Below, piece by piece: positions 1-10,638 of a stretch of 64,000 nt of DNA. The stretch spans positions 1,664,001 to 1,728,000 of the forward strand of contig OY968796.1 in assembly GCA_963695545.1 (NCBI GenBank). The letters are read 5' to 3'. The notes under the pieces are model-generated. The model worked only from the letters and a program-made list of their open reading frames with translations. It did not search any database and was not told the DNA's origin. The DNA comes from Terriglobia bacterium. GTDB lineage: Bacteria; Acidobacteriota; Terriglobia; Acidiferrales; UBA7541. The stretch's first letter is position 1; each line of letters starts with the position of its first letter. A program made the translations under genes and the position numbers.

Positions 1-1373
1 ACCACCGAAGCGGTGAACAATCCTCTGCACGCGAGCGTAGCAAAGGTTGTTCCGAATGATGCGGGCAGAAAAGTTGTGACAACGCAGCCGACCGCCAGCG
101 CTGGCGCCACCGGCCACACTTGGGCCACAATGGCCCCAATTCCAATCGAAAATTCGCGTCGCAGGAAGGGCAACAAAACGGCTCCCGCGCATGCATACGC
201 GAAGAGCACAGCAGCGGCAACCCGCTCAATTCGCCCCGATCGCAATGCCAGCAAAATCAGCAGCAATTCAACTGCTCCGGCTAACGTGTTGGCATGCAAC
301 AGCAATTTGGTTCGCCCTCGGGCCATAATACAGTTGCCGATCGGTTCCGTGATCACCCGCAAGATTCCGTAAAAGCAAAGTATCTTCAGCGCTGTTGCCG
401 CCGGCAGCCATTTGCCCGTGCCTTTGCCCAGGAAAGTCACCAGGAAGAAATGCGCGTTGGCCAGCAACGCCGTGTTGGCGACCACTGCGACAAATGCCAC
501 CATGTCCACGGTCTTCAAATACCATCGGCGCATCGCGACGGCGTCATTTTGAATCGCGGAAAATGCCGGGAACATCACCGTGTTCACGGTGTCGGAAAGA
601 AGTCCGCAAATGAAGCTGCCCCAAGTGAACGCCAGCGAATAGTAGCCCAACTTCGTGCTTCCCATCCTGGACCCCACCAGGAAATTATCCATATTCATCA
701 GCAGAAAGATCACCACGCCGCTACCAAGCAGCGGCAGCCCGAAACGCAAATATTCCCGGGCGATGGTCCAATCGAACTGCAATCGCATGTGCGTTTTTCT
801 CGCGAGCTGAAGGGCAGTCGCGCCGGTTAGATTCGCGCCAACATCGGCGACGACCACCGCCCAATAGCTCCACCCGTAGTAAATCAGCGTCACAGAGAGG
901 GCGGTTCGCGCGGCCGCGCCCACGACCCACGGCATCATCAACGCCCGGTAATTCTGCTCTCTCGTCAACTGCACCAGAGACATGAATCCGATCGTGGTCA
1001 CCAGAAAGTCTATGGCCAAAATGCGAATCACGTTGCCGGTTGCCGGATGGTTGAAAAAGTAGTGCGCGAACGGTGCGATCAAGTACGCCGCAACGAATGC
1101 GCCAGAACTCAGGATCAGTTTCAGAGTAAACGCGGTTTGCAGGCTACGGTCATCGAGTGTGGGCCGGCGAATAGCGGCGCTGCCGACGCCCACGTCGCTA
1201 AAATGCGTTAGGAATCCAATGATGATCGCGGCAAAACCAACGACTCCATAATCGGAGGCGCTGATGTTCCTGGCCACGACTGAAGCGGTCACGGCGAGGC
1301 ACACCAGCGAGGCGCCTTTGGCAAGGCTGGTGTACATGACGTTGCGAAATGTCTTGAATTTGGAAACGCTCAT
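1..1373 (-). CDS. wzx: Polysaccharide flippase (Wzx/MOP family), 3' end beyond window
   Basis: Read manually (absent from ORF track because it runs off the edge): ATG at 1373, MSVSKFKTFRNVMYTSLAKGASLVCLAVTASVVARNISASDYGVVGFAAIIIGFLTHFSDVGVGSAAIRR; multi-TM; glycosyltransferase neighbours. Confidence 0.85.
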   Translation of the reverse strand, partial: MSVSKFKTFRNVMYTSLAKGASLVCLAVTASVVARNISASDYGVVGFAAIIIGFLTHFSDVGVGSAAIRRPTLDDRSLQTAFTLKLILSSGAFVAAYLIAPFAHYFFNHPATGNVIRILAIDFLVTTIGFMSLVQLTREQNYRALMMPWVVGAAARTALSVTLIYYGWSYWAVVVADVGANLTGATALQLARKTHMRLQFDWTIAREYLRFGLPLLGSGVVIFLLMNMDNFLVGSRMGSTKLGYYSLAFTWGSFICGLLSDTVNTVMFPAFSAIQNDAVAMRRWYLKTVDMVAFVAVVANTALLANAHFFLVTFLGKGTGKWLPAATALKILCFYGILRVITEPIGNCIMARGRTKLLLHANTLAGAVELLLILLALRSGRIERVAAAVLFAYACAGAVLLPFLRREFSIGIGAIVAQVWPVAPALAVGCVVTTFLPASFGTTFATLACRGLFTASV

Positions 1374-1394
1374 GAACGAGCCATGGGTGCGGCG

Positions 1395-2501
1395 CTACGA
1401 TGCGTCGCCGGCCATCGTATCGAGAATTCGCGTCAGTCTCGCCTGAAAAGGCTCGAACGTAAAGTTCTCTTGGACGCGTCGTCGCCCCGCGGCTCCCATT
1501 CTTGCGCGCAGCGGCTCGTCCTGCAAAAGCTTAATAAGGAGGCTCGTCAGCGCTTCGAGGTCGTCCGGGTCGACTGAAAACCCAGTCACACCGTCCTGCA
1601 CAACTTCCGGCGCGCCGCCTTGGTCGCCCGCAATCGCAGGCTTGCCGAAGAGCCCGGCCTCGGCAAACACGATTCCAAATCCCTCCTGCCGGCTGGGCAT
1701 GGCAAACACATCGGTTCTCGCATAGTAGCCCCTGAGCCGGTCGAATTGCACCTCGCCGGTAAAAATCACACGATCCTCGACGGAGTGCTCTCGAGCCAGC
1801 TCCTCAAGGCGGGGTCGCAGGTCGCCCTCTCCGACGACGACATAGAAAACATCCGGCACGGCCTTCATCACCTGGGCAAGCACTTTGATCACCGCATCCA
1901 TTCCCTTGCCGGGCTCGGCAGAGTTCAACCTGGCCACAGTTAGAATCATGCGGCCTGACGGAAGATCCGGGACCGAGATTGGATCGCGCGTAACTTGAGT
2001 GAAGCTCGGGTCGAGCGCGTTAAAAATCACATAAACCCGTTGCGGATCGAGCTTATATAATTTAACCATCGCGTTCTTGGTGTACGCGCTCACCGCGAGC
2101 ACTCTCTCGGCGTGCTGCACTCCCAGGCGGCGGTACGCAGGCAACGGTTCCCAAGCCTCTACACCGTGGCCCACGACGCAGTACCGCAAGCCTGGGCGCA
2201 CGAAGTTAAGAAGATAGCCGATCGGAGAGAGATTGAGATGGCTGAAAAACAGGATCTCGATGCGCGGCGCCAGCCAGAGCAGTTTGAGGAATAGTACTAT
2301 TTTGTTACGATCACATCCGGTGAATTCATACTGCTGCGCGCCTACCGTGAAGGAACCTTTCCCGCGAGGGTCGTTCCATCCAATCAATTCGCATGCCACG
2401 TTTCGTTCCCGAGCACGGTTGACGAGGATTGCGCCTGCGTGCCTGCTGAATTGTTGGACACCGCCAATTTTTGAAATCTCCGGGAAAACCCCCACCCACA
2501 T
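1395..2501 (-). CDS. Glycosyltransferase family 4 (GT-B)
   Basis: GGVQ N-terminal motif, ILTVARL..KG, FAMPSRQEGFGIVFAEA (EX7E). Confidence 0.92.
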   Translation of the reverse strand: MWVGVFPEISKIGGVQQFSRHAGAILVNRARERNVACELIGWNDPRGKGSFTVGAQQYEFTGCDRNKIVLFLKLLWLAPRIEILFFSHLNLSPIGYLLNFVRPGLRYCVVGHGVEAWEPLPAYRRLGVQHAERVLAVSAYTKNAMVKLYKLDPQRVYVIFNALDPSFTQVTRDPISVPDLPSGRMILTVARLNSAEPGKGMDAVIKVLAQVMKAVPDVFYVVVGEGDLRPRLEELAREHSVEDRVIFTGEVQFDRLRGYYARTDVFAMPSRQEGFGIVFAEAGLFGKPAIAGDQGGAPEVVQDGVTGFSVDPDDLEALTSLLIKLLQDEPLRARMGAAGRRRVQENFTFEPFQARLTRILDTMAGDAS

Positions 2502-2672
2502 TGCGCCCCCACACAGACTTCAATCCTGACGTCAAATCCAATATATGATACGCGCCGCCGCCGCTCGCTTCAATGCGATGCCAGTATCACCAAAGGCCGA
2601 GTTTGCGCTTCTTTCGTTTGTTCGTCTGAGACATAATCCAACAAAGGGGAATTCGATTCTAAAGGGGACAGG

Positions 2673-4268
2673 ATGAACGCATCCGTACGCGCGCTTGGCA
2701 GCCCCAGGAAAATCTGGGGTTTTCTCGTGGGCTTGGGCATTCTGGCTGTCACCTGGGAGTTATGTGTCTGGATCTCGGCGGGTGACGATAGCATGCTCGT
2801 CCGAGCGGGGCTGGCGTGCGGCGTGCTCGGCATCACCGTGTACATTCTGAGCGACTGGCGCGCGGGATTCTATTTGTTCCTCGGCTGGTTATTGCTGGAG
2901 GACCTGCCGCGCAAGTTCCTCGGCAACAACATGGCGATTTACTTTGCCAAGGATTTTCTGGTCGGCGTTATATACATTTCATGCTTGATTGCCAGGCGGC
3001 GCCGTCAGTTCGAAACTTTCCGGCCTCCGTTTTGGTTGCCTTTGGTCCTGTTTTTCTGGTTGGCATTGATCCAAGTATTCAATTTGTCATCGCCGAGCCT
3101 TCTCTTCGGGGCCCTCGGCATGAAGCTCTACTTCTACTACGTGCCGCTTATGTTTGTTTCCTACGCCTTGATGCAAACTCCGGAAGATCTGCGCCGATTT
3201 CTGCTCTTTAACGCTGTTTTCGGCTTCGCGATCTCCACCGTCGGCGTGATCCAATCGACGGTCAACATCAACTTTCTGAATCCGGTGAACTTGGCGCCTG
3301 AGCTCGTGGAGTTGGGGAGCCTCAAGCGAATGTCGCCGGTCACCCACCAGTTGATCCGGGTTCCCACCGGCGTGTTCGTCAGCGGAGGGCGCTTCGGTTC
3401 CTACTTGATTGTCAGCTGGATTCTGGCGATGGCCACGGTTTGTTACATGCTTCTGGCACGGCGCCGAGGCGCCTTTTACGCCGTTCTTACCATCGCTGCC
3501 GTCAGTGTCGCCGCGTTGCTCTGCGGTTCGCGTGGAACGATTATTTTCGTGGCCGCCAGCGCGTTGATCATGACCGCGGCTCTTCTGTGGGGTGCGCCTT
3601 GGCGCTTGGGTCAAGGGCGCCGACTGACTAGGGCTCTCCGCTGGGTATTTGTGGCGGCCGGAGCGGGTCTGATTCTGCTGGTTCAGCTCTCGCCAAAAAT
3701 CGCCGGAGCGAACTGGGCCTTCTTTTCGGAAACCATGTCTCCGACGGGTTCGGGCTCGGAGCTTCACTATCGCGTTCTTGAATACCCGTGGATCAACCTG
3801 AAACTGGCGTTCCAGCACCCTGACTGGCTGGTCGGTTATGGGACCGGAACAGATTCTCTAGGCGGTGAGTATGTCGCCGAAGTGCTGCACGCCCCGCAGC
3901 ATTACGACGTCGAAAGTGGCGTTGGCACTCTGATCGTAGAGATGGGCATCTTGGGGCCCATTCTTTGGCTGGGTTGGGTTTGCGCGCTGCTTGTAACCGT
4001 TTGGCGCATCGCAAGCAAATTGCGTTACACCGCCTACTTTCCAGTAGCGTTTGGCATTTTTTGGTATGCGTTTATTCTGCTGATCGTTATGACGTACATG
4101 GCCATTGGTCCCTACCAGAATTTCGTGATGAACGCATATCTTTGGATCCTCGTGGGAATATTGTTTCGCTTGCCCTACTTTGCTGAATTGCCGCAGTCGG
4201 TGGCCACTACGAAAAACCAGCGATCTGAACCGAGCCACGGTACGGTCGCGTCCTTCGCGCGCCGATAG
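2673..4268 (+). CDS. O-antigen ligase/polymerase-like (Wzy_C) polytopic membrane protein
   Basis: About 12 hydrophobic segments, CGSRG, periplasmic loop ending GYGTG...VESG..LIVEMGILG; polysaccharide locus context. Confidence 0.7.
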   Translation: MNASVRALGSPRKIWGFLVGLGILAVTWELCVWISAGDDSMLVRAGLACGVLGITVYILSDWRAGFYLFLGWLLLEDLPRKFLGNNMAIYFAKDFLVGVIYISCLIARRRRQFETFRPPFWLPLVLFFWLALIQVFNLSSPSLLFGALGMKLYFYYVPLMFVSYALMQTPEDLRRFLLFNAVFGFAISTVGVIQSTVNINFLNPVNLAPELVELGSLKRMSPVTHQLIRVPTGVFVSGGRFGSYLIVSWILAMATVCYMLLARRRGAFYAVLTIAAVSVAALLCGSRGTIIFVAASALIMTAALLWGAPWRLGQGRRLTRALRWVFVAAGAGLILLVQLSPKIAGANWAFFSETMSPTGSGSELHYRVLEYPWINLKLAFQHPDWLVGYGTGTDSLGGEYVAEVLHAPQHYDVESGVGTLIVEMGILGPILWLGWVCALLVTVWRIASKLRYTAYFPVAFGIFWYAFILLIVMTYMAIGPYQNFVMNAYLWILVGILFRLPYFAELPQSVATTKNQRSEPSHGTVASFARR

Positions 4269-4329
4269 ACTCCATGTCGGCGGTGAAGCCCAGAAGAAAG
4301 CTTCAAGATCTTCGTTGCTAGGGGGTGTA

Positions 4330-6002
4330 ACGGCGTTCGGCGACTGTTGACCACTTCCGGGTCGTCCTCTAGGCGGTCCAGGCCCACTACCGATATCGGC
4401 CCGTTCCTCGAGAGAAATGCCGTGCTCGACGGGTGAAGCAACAGCAGGGGAGCAGCTAACGCCTTTTGCCGCAGCTTCGTGATCGTCGCGTACGTGGTCC
4501 TGACGCTAGCAAGGTAGGCGCTCGTATGTCGATCCGGATTCACAAGAAATATTCTCCACTTCAGTTGGCCGCGCGCCCGCCCGGATTCTGCTCACATTTC
4601 CGGCATACACCAGGCCAAGAATATCTCCGAGCTGATTGAATATCTGCCCTCGGAAGTCGCTCAGCCTGACATTGAGCGCGTCCAAGGCCAACGGCACGCA
4701 TCTACGCGACGTCAGCGGAACGAAGTTCACATCGGTCGGACGCCCCGCAGCACAAGTGTTCATCGGCAAAGTATTGAGGTATCGGTAGACGGAATCGGGG
4801 ACATCGCCCGTCGTGCCGCCTCCCTTGACGTCATAGCGATGGACCGCCAGGCCCGTGGCCGCGACGACCGCGAAAACCCCGATCGCGATTAACGTCTTCG
4901 GATCGCTACGCATCTCTGAAAACCGGAGCGCGCTTTTTGACGCGGCAATCGGTTCTCGAATCTTGATCCATATGCCGACGCACACTGGCGGAATGAACAC
5001 CAGATGGAATAACAGCAGACCGAAATACGGACAGCGTCCGGGATCGTACAGGCGGGATCGCAACGCGTACGACAGTCCGTAGAGCAAGAAGCCCGATGGG
5101 ACCATCAGCCGGGCTTCCGCTCAGATCGTGCGGCGAAAAATCCAAGCACAGGCAATGACTCCGACGATCCACACAAGAGTTTCCCTAACGCCCATCGGGA
5201 ATGTATTGATCACGTAGCAAAGCTTGTGTGTGAATACGATTTTTGGGTATAGAACACGCCGCCTGCGTAGAAGTTCGGCATGCGAAGCATTTCCGAGAGA
5301 GTGAGTGTCGGGCCGTGCGCGGCGGATTGCTCCCGCGACAGCAGCAGGACGCAAACGATGCCTCTTGGTACAATCCATAGCGTTTCTTTGGCCGGGATTC
5401 GGTGACGCAAGTTGTCCAGCGCCAAAGCCAAAGCTTGAAATAAACTGAGCACTAAGAAGGCTGGCGGGCGGAAAAGCGTAGTTGCCAGAAACATTGCCGC
5501 GGTGAGCAAAGGCCTCCGTCCAACCACGCCGACACCTCCAAAATACGAGGATCGGAAATGCAAACGATCGCTACAGCCCGCCTGCGATCGCACTCATGTA
5601 GTTATATTCGACGCCGGCAAGACCGCCGAACAAGAAAATTGCGGCCCGGGTTATTCCCCCGATTACATTTTCGTCTGTGACCGCGCGCCCCAGCCAATGG
5701 GCGCCGATGAGGGCTAGGATCGCAAAAGGAAAGCACAGCAACTCCGAAGTGATTTTGAGGTCAGTGATCCGGGATAGCCCGGCGTACAGCGAGAGGAATC
5801 CGGGTGGGTCAAAATTATTGACGAAGTAATTACGCGACCCGCAATTGGGAAATAGGCTTGAGTGAGAATATCCGAACAACCATGAAATATGCTGGGCGGC
5901 ATCGAAGTCATACACGTCATGGTGAAGGACGACGGGCAGGAAATACACCGCAAGAATACTCACGACAATTACGGCCGCGAAGGCCTTCAATCGGAACGCC
6001 AT
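4330..6002 (-). pseudogene. Decayed polytopic membrane protein (possible GT-C-like), with in-frame stop and several frameshifts
   Basis: Hydrophobic coding sense is split across ORFs 5571-6137, 5210-5593, 5121-5378, 4906-5172, 4506-5105 and 4175-4543; in-frame TAG in AGGL*RSFAFP at 5571-5573; ends approximate. Confidence 0.65.
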
Positions 6003-6265
6003 TTCCCGACCTCGCGAGTCAAAGCTCATTTTGTAACTGGAATGATCTTCGCCGCGATGTTCCTCGAGCGGCCCCGCGTGGGCTGGAGGGCTAACGATCT
6101 CAAATTCGCATTTTATGCGTTCGACCAGGCCGGACAAACACCAAAATCGCCGACGGGCGTTTTTTGGCCAGCGTAATGCAGCCCATGAACGGCGAGGCTA
6201 TAATGCAGATAGGCGGCGCCTCGTTCTCTCCTGACGAGTGGCCACGAGATCGGCTTCGGATTTCC

Positions 6266-7471
6266 ATGCGCATTCTAAAAGTCACTCAATCCTATCTTCC
6301 GTTCGTCGATAGGGGGGGACAGCCGGCGACCATACATTCGCTTGCGCTGGGGCTCGCGGCTCGCGGCCACAAAGTCATCGTTCTGACGGCCGATTTGGGC
6401 CTCGACCGCGAAGCCGCGCGCCGGATCCACGCCGTATGCAACGAATGGGGATGGAGCGCCGAAGAAAATGGCGTCGAAGCGAACTATTTGCGCGTGATGG
6501 GCCGCTATCGCGCGATCACTTGCAACCCTGGGGCGCTGCGTTGGTGCCGGCAGAACATCTCCTCATTCGATGTCGTGCATATTTACGGTATGTACGACTG
6601 GCTGGGGCCCGTCGCCGCGCACGTTTGTGACGGCCGGCGCGTGCCGTACATCTTTGAGCCGATCGGAATGTTCCGTCCGATCGTTCGCAACGTTCCGCTC
6701 AAATGGCTCTATCGTTGGCTCGTAGGCGATCGCATCCTGCGCCATGCGCAATACCTCGTGGCGACTTCCGAGCAGGAGCGCGAGGAACTCGTCGCCGGAG
6801 GCATCCCGCCCGCCAAGATTGCGTTGCGTCGTAATGGAGTCGACAGACCCGCGGTGGCCCCAGCCGCAGGCGCTTTTCGCGCGCAATGGGACGTCGCGGC
6901 GGATGCGAAACTGGTATTGTTTCTGGGTCGGGTGGTAAAAAAGAAATGCCCCGAGATGGCGCTCGAAGCGTTTGCTCAATGGCGCAAGCAAGATGGGCAC
7001 GGCAGCCCTGGAGTTCTGGTCGTCGCCGGACCGTACGAAGAAGACCACTATCGTCGGACTCTTGAAACGTATGCGGCACGGCTCGGGTTGCAAGGCGCGG
7101 TTCTGTTTCCCGGCGCGCTATACGGCGAAGCCAAGTGGGCGGCGTATCGTGATGCGGATGTCTTTGTGTTGCCCTCGCATAACGAGAATTTTGGCAACAC
7201 GGCCGGAGAGTCTGTGGCCTGCGGAACACCCGTGCTGGTGACCGATACCTGCGGGATCGCGCCGCTGGTGAAAGATCGCGCCGGCTTGGTGGTTCCGTTC
7301 GATGGCGCTGCGTTCGGAAAGGCCCTGGCGCGAATGCTCGATGATAACGATCTTCGTCTTCGGCTGCGCGCCGGATGTGCGGCCGTTGAGCGCGATCTAG
7401 CTTGGGATGAACCGCTCGATCGGATGGAAGCACTGTATTCCGCGACAGTGAGCGGAGCTCGGACTGCTTAG
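6266..7471 (+). CDS. Glycosyltransferase family 4
   Basis: Start placed at MRILKVTQSYLP; LFLGRVVKKK; FVLPSHNENFGNTAGES. Confidence 0.92.
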   Translation: MRILKVTQSYLPFVDRGGQPATIHSLALGLAARGHKVIVLTADLGLDREAARRIHAVCNEWGWSAEENGVEANYLRVMGRYRAITCNPGALRWCRQNISSFDVVHIYGMYDWLGPVAAHVCDGRRVPYIFEPIGMFRPIVRNVPLKWLYRWLVGDRILRHAQYLVATSEQEREELVAGGIPPAKIALRRNGVDRPAVAPAAGAFRAQWDVAADAKLVLFLGRVVKKKCPEMALEAFAQWRKQDGHGSPGVLVVAGPYEEDHYRRTLETYAARLGLQGAVLFPGALYGEAKWAAYRDADVFVLPSHNENFGNTAGESVACGTPVLVTDTCGIAPLVKDRAGLVVPFDGAAFGKALARMLDDNDLRLRLRAGCAAVERDLAWDEPLDRMEALYSATVSGARTA

Positions 7472-7537
7472 CGCGCGCCCCGTTTCGCGATTGTTTGTAA
7501 TCAAAGTCGAGAGCCAGAGGAGCATCAAAATCGCGGC

Positions 7538-9334
7538 GTGAATATTTTTGGCATCAACGCTTATCACGGAAACGCATCGGCTGCGCTGGTGGTCGATGGG
7601 CGGTTGGTGGCTGCCGTTGAAGAAGAGCGTTTCAATCGCGTGAAGTACGCGGCGGGTTTTCCCGTGGCCGCGATTCGCTATTGTCTAGAAGCCGGCGGCA
7701 TCCGCCTCCAGGACGTCGATCACATCGCCGTTCCGCGCAATCCCTGGGCGCGCCTCGGAACCAAACTCTGGTTCGCCATGCGCATGCCGCGTTTTGCTCG
7801 CGAACGCGCACGCGTGCTTGCCCGCTTCGTCGGCATACCGCAGGCCCTCGCCGCGGCCTTCGATTGCGATCCCGCTGAAATCCGCGCGCAATATCATCGC
7901 GTCGAGCATCACCAGGCTCATTTAGCCAGCGCGTTTTTCGTATCGCCATTTGAACAGGCCGCGTTGCTCTCCGCCGACGGTCTGGGCGATTTCGCCAGCA
8001 CCATGTGGGGCTCGGGCCAAGGAAACCGCATGAGCCTCGGCGGCTCGGTTGCGTTCCCGCATTCGCTTGGAATTTACTACAGTGCCGTGACGCAATATCT
8101 AGGCTTCCGCAAGTTCGGCGACGAATACAAAATCATGGGCCTGGCCGCCTATGGCCAGCCTGCGTATCTCGACGAATTTCGACGCATCGTGCGCACAACA
8201 GGTGGAGTCGGATTTCGCCTGAATCTCGAATACTTCACTCATCAGCGCACGGGTCCGGAGATGAGCTGGAGTAGCGCGGACAAGACGCCCGAAATCGGCC
8301 CGATGTTTTCCGACTACATGGCCGAGCGCCTCGGGCCGCTACGCGATCCCCAGGCACCGCTCGAGCAAAGCCACCGCGACGCCGCCTCTTCCCTGCAGGC
8401 GCGTCTCGAAGAAGTCCTCTTTGAAATGCTCAACGCATTGCATGCGCGCACCGGGCAAAAGTCTCTGTGCCTTGCAGGCGGCGTTGCTTTCAATTGCATC
8501 GCCAACGGCCGCATTTTCGATCGCACGCCCTTCGAGCGCGTATTCGTCCAGCCGGCCGCCGGCGATGCGGGACTTGCAGTCGGCGCGGCCTACTTTGTGC
8601 ATCACCAACTTCTTGGCCGGCCGCGCGATTTCGTGATGGAGCATTCCTATTGGGGCCCCGAATTTTCGCCCCAGCAGTTGAGCGCCGCGATCGCATCCAG
8701 TCGCCTCTCCGAATCCAACCTTGAGATCTCCGAACTCCCCGAGGAAGCACTCGCGCGCGCCGCGGCGCAAGAAATCGCAGCCGGCAGAGTTCTCGGCTGG
8801 TTCCAAGGCCGCGCCGAATGGGGACCTCGCGCGCTCGGCAATCGCAGCATCGTCGCCGACCCGCGTCGCCCCGAAATGAAAGACATCTTGAATCGCCGCA
8901 TCAAGCATCGCGAAATATTTCGGCCGTTTGCCCCATCGATCCTGGAGGAATCCACGTCCGAATATTTTGAGAAGTCCTATCCCTCGCCTTTCATGACGCT
9001 GGCCTACGCCGTTCGCCCCGAAAAACGCGACGTGATCCCCGCGCCCACGCACGTCGACGGCACTGGACGCTTGCAAACTGTCAGCCGCCATGTCAACCCG
9101 CGCTATTGGCGCTTAATTTCCGAATTCGCCAAGATCACCGGCGTGCCTGTCGTGCTGAACACATCGTTCAACGACAATGAACCCATCGTCTGCCGCCCGG
9201 AAGAAGCCATCGATTGTTTTCTGCGCACGAACATGGACGCGCTCGTGCTCGGCAACGTGCTCGTGCGAAAACCGGCCGGCGCCGCCGATTCTCCGAGCGC
9301 GGCCGGCAGCGCGAGCGCGCAGGCGCGGAAGTGA
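7538..9334 (+). CDS. Carbamoyltransferase (NodU/CmcH family)
   Basis: AVEEERFNRVK, VEHHQAH, KIMGLAAYG, LAGGVAFN, GPRALGNRSI, RPFAPS, HVDGTGRLQTV, LNTSFN. Confidence 0.95.
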   Translation: MNIFGINAYHGNASAALVVDGRLVAAVEEERFNRVKYAAGFPVAAIRYCLEAGGIRLQDVDHIAVPRNPWARLGTKLWFAMRMPRFARERARVLARFVGIPQALAAAFDCDPAEIRAQYHRVEHHQAHLASAFFVSPFEQAALLSADGLGDFASTMWGSGQGNRMSLGGSVAFPHSLGIYYSAVTQYLGFRKFGDEYKIMGLAAYGQPAYLDEFRRIVRTTGGVGFRLNLEYFTHQRTGPEMSWSSADKTPEIGPMFSDYMAERLGPLRDPQAPLEQSHRDAASSLQARLEEVLFEMLNALHARTGQKSLCLAGGVAFNCIANGRIFDRTPFERVFVQPAAGDAGLAVGAAYFVHHQLLGRPRDFVMEHSYWGPEFSPQQLSAAIASSRLSESNLEISELPEEALARAAAQEIAAGRVLGWFQGRAEWGPRALGNRSIVADPRRPEMKDILNRRIKHREIFRPFAPSILEESTSEYFEKSYPSPFMTLAYAVRPEKRDVIPAPTHVDGTGRLQTVSRHVNPRYWRLISEFAKITGVPVVLNTSFNDNEPIVCRPEEAIDCFLRTNMDALVLGNVLVRKPAGAADSPSAAGSASAQARK

Positions 9335-9416
9335 ACTCGTCTCCATCGCCGAATCGGCGGCACGGCGCGCCTCGCGCCAAACGCGAATCGCGCAATCTCG
9401 ATTTCAGGATGACTGC

Positions 9417-10604
9417 GTGCACATCCTGGTTCTGAACGAATACTTTCCGCCGGACACATCCGCGACGGCCAAACTCGCACTCGAATTCCTCAGGCCGCTG
9501 GCGCGCCGCAATCGGGTGACCGTTGTCTGTGGCCGGCCGTCATACGATCCCACCGAACGCCATCCCTACTATCTGTGGCGGCGCGAAGTCCGCGGTAATC
9601 TGGCTATCGAGCGCGTCGGCTCGACCGCCTTTCCGCGCTTCCAGATGCGCCGCCGCGTCAGCAATTATCTGACATATCTCGCGCTCGCCATTCCCCGCGC
9701 GCTCGCCATTCGCTCTGACGTCGTCCTCTCGATGACCGATCCGCCCGTGATGGGAATCGCCGCCTCTCATGTAGCGCGCATTACTGGCCGTCCTTTCATC
9801 TACAACATTCGCGATTTGTATCCCGACATGGCCATCGGCGGAAACATCGTGCGGCCCAGCCGATTCATCAAGCGATGGGAGCGCATGCACAGAAAAGCTC
9901 TGCGCAGTGCGACGCGCGTGATCGTGCTAGGAGAAGACATGCGCGATCGCATTCTGGCGAAAGGCGTGGACCTCGCGCGCATTGCGATCGTTCGCGACGG
10001 CGCGCCCTTGCCCGATTCGCTGCCGTCGCCCGACAATCCCGTGGCTCGCCAAATTCGCGGCGATTTCCGCTTCGTTCTCGTGCACGCAGGAAATCTCGGT
10101 TTCTACGGCGCCTGGCGCAGCCTGGTTCGCGCCGCGCGACTTTTGGCGCCGGAAGGGGTTGGACTGGTGTTCATTGGCGAAGGCGCGCAGAAGCCCGAGA
10201 TCGAAGCCGAAGCCGACGGCTGTCCCGCGGTGCGATTCATGCCATATTTCCCCGCGCGCGACATTCCCAACGTGCTCGCCTCCGGCGATATGCACATCGT
10301 CACCGTCAACCGAGGACTCGAAGGAGTTGTCGTGCCGTCAAAGCTCTACCCGCTCCTTGCCGCCGGGCGGCCGATTCTGGCCGTCGCTCCGCTCGACGCT
10401 GATGCCGCGCGCATCGTTGGCCGCGCCCGTTGCGGTTTCGTGGCCGATCCCGACAATCCCGAAGCAGTGGCCGAAGCCGTCCGCAGCGTACTGCGCGATC
10501 CCTCGCTCTTGTCCGAAATGTCCGCGCGCGCGAGAGAGATCGCAATAAGCTATGATAAGGCGAAGCAAATTGACGCCTTTGTGAAAATCGTGGAGGAAAT
10601 TTAG
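9417..10604 (+). CDS. Glycosyltransferase family 4 (WcaI/WbuB-like)
   Basis: GTG start at VHILVLNEYFPPD; DLYPD; HAGNLG; VVPSKLY..LAAGRPI. Confidence 0.9.
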   Translation: MHILVLNEYFPPDTSATAKLALEFLRPLARRNRVTVVCGRPSYDPTERHPYYLWRREVRGNLAIERVGSTAFPRFQMRRRVSNYLTYLALAIPRALAIRSDVVLSMTDPPVMGIAASHVARITGRPFIYNIRDLYPDMAIGGNIVRPSRFIKRWERMHRKALRSATRVIVLGEDMRDRILAKGVDLARIAIVRDGAPLPDSLPSPDNPVARQIRGDFRFVLVHAGNLGFYGAWRSLVRAARLLAPEGVGLVFIGEGAQKPEIEAEADGCPAVRFMPYFPARDIPNVLASGDMHIVTVNRGLEGVVVPSKLYPLLAAGRPILAVAPLDADAARIVGRARCGFVADPDNPEAVAEAVRSVLRDPSLLSEMSARAREIAISYDKAKQIDAFVKIVEEI

Positions 10605-10638
10605 CGCGCCGGCCCCCGCCCTGCGCGACGCCCAAAAA

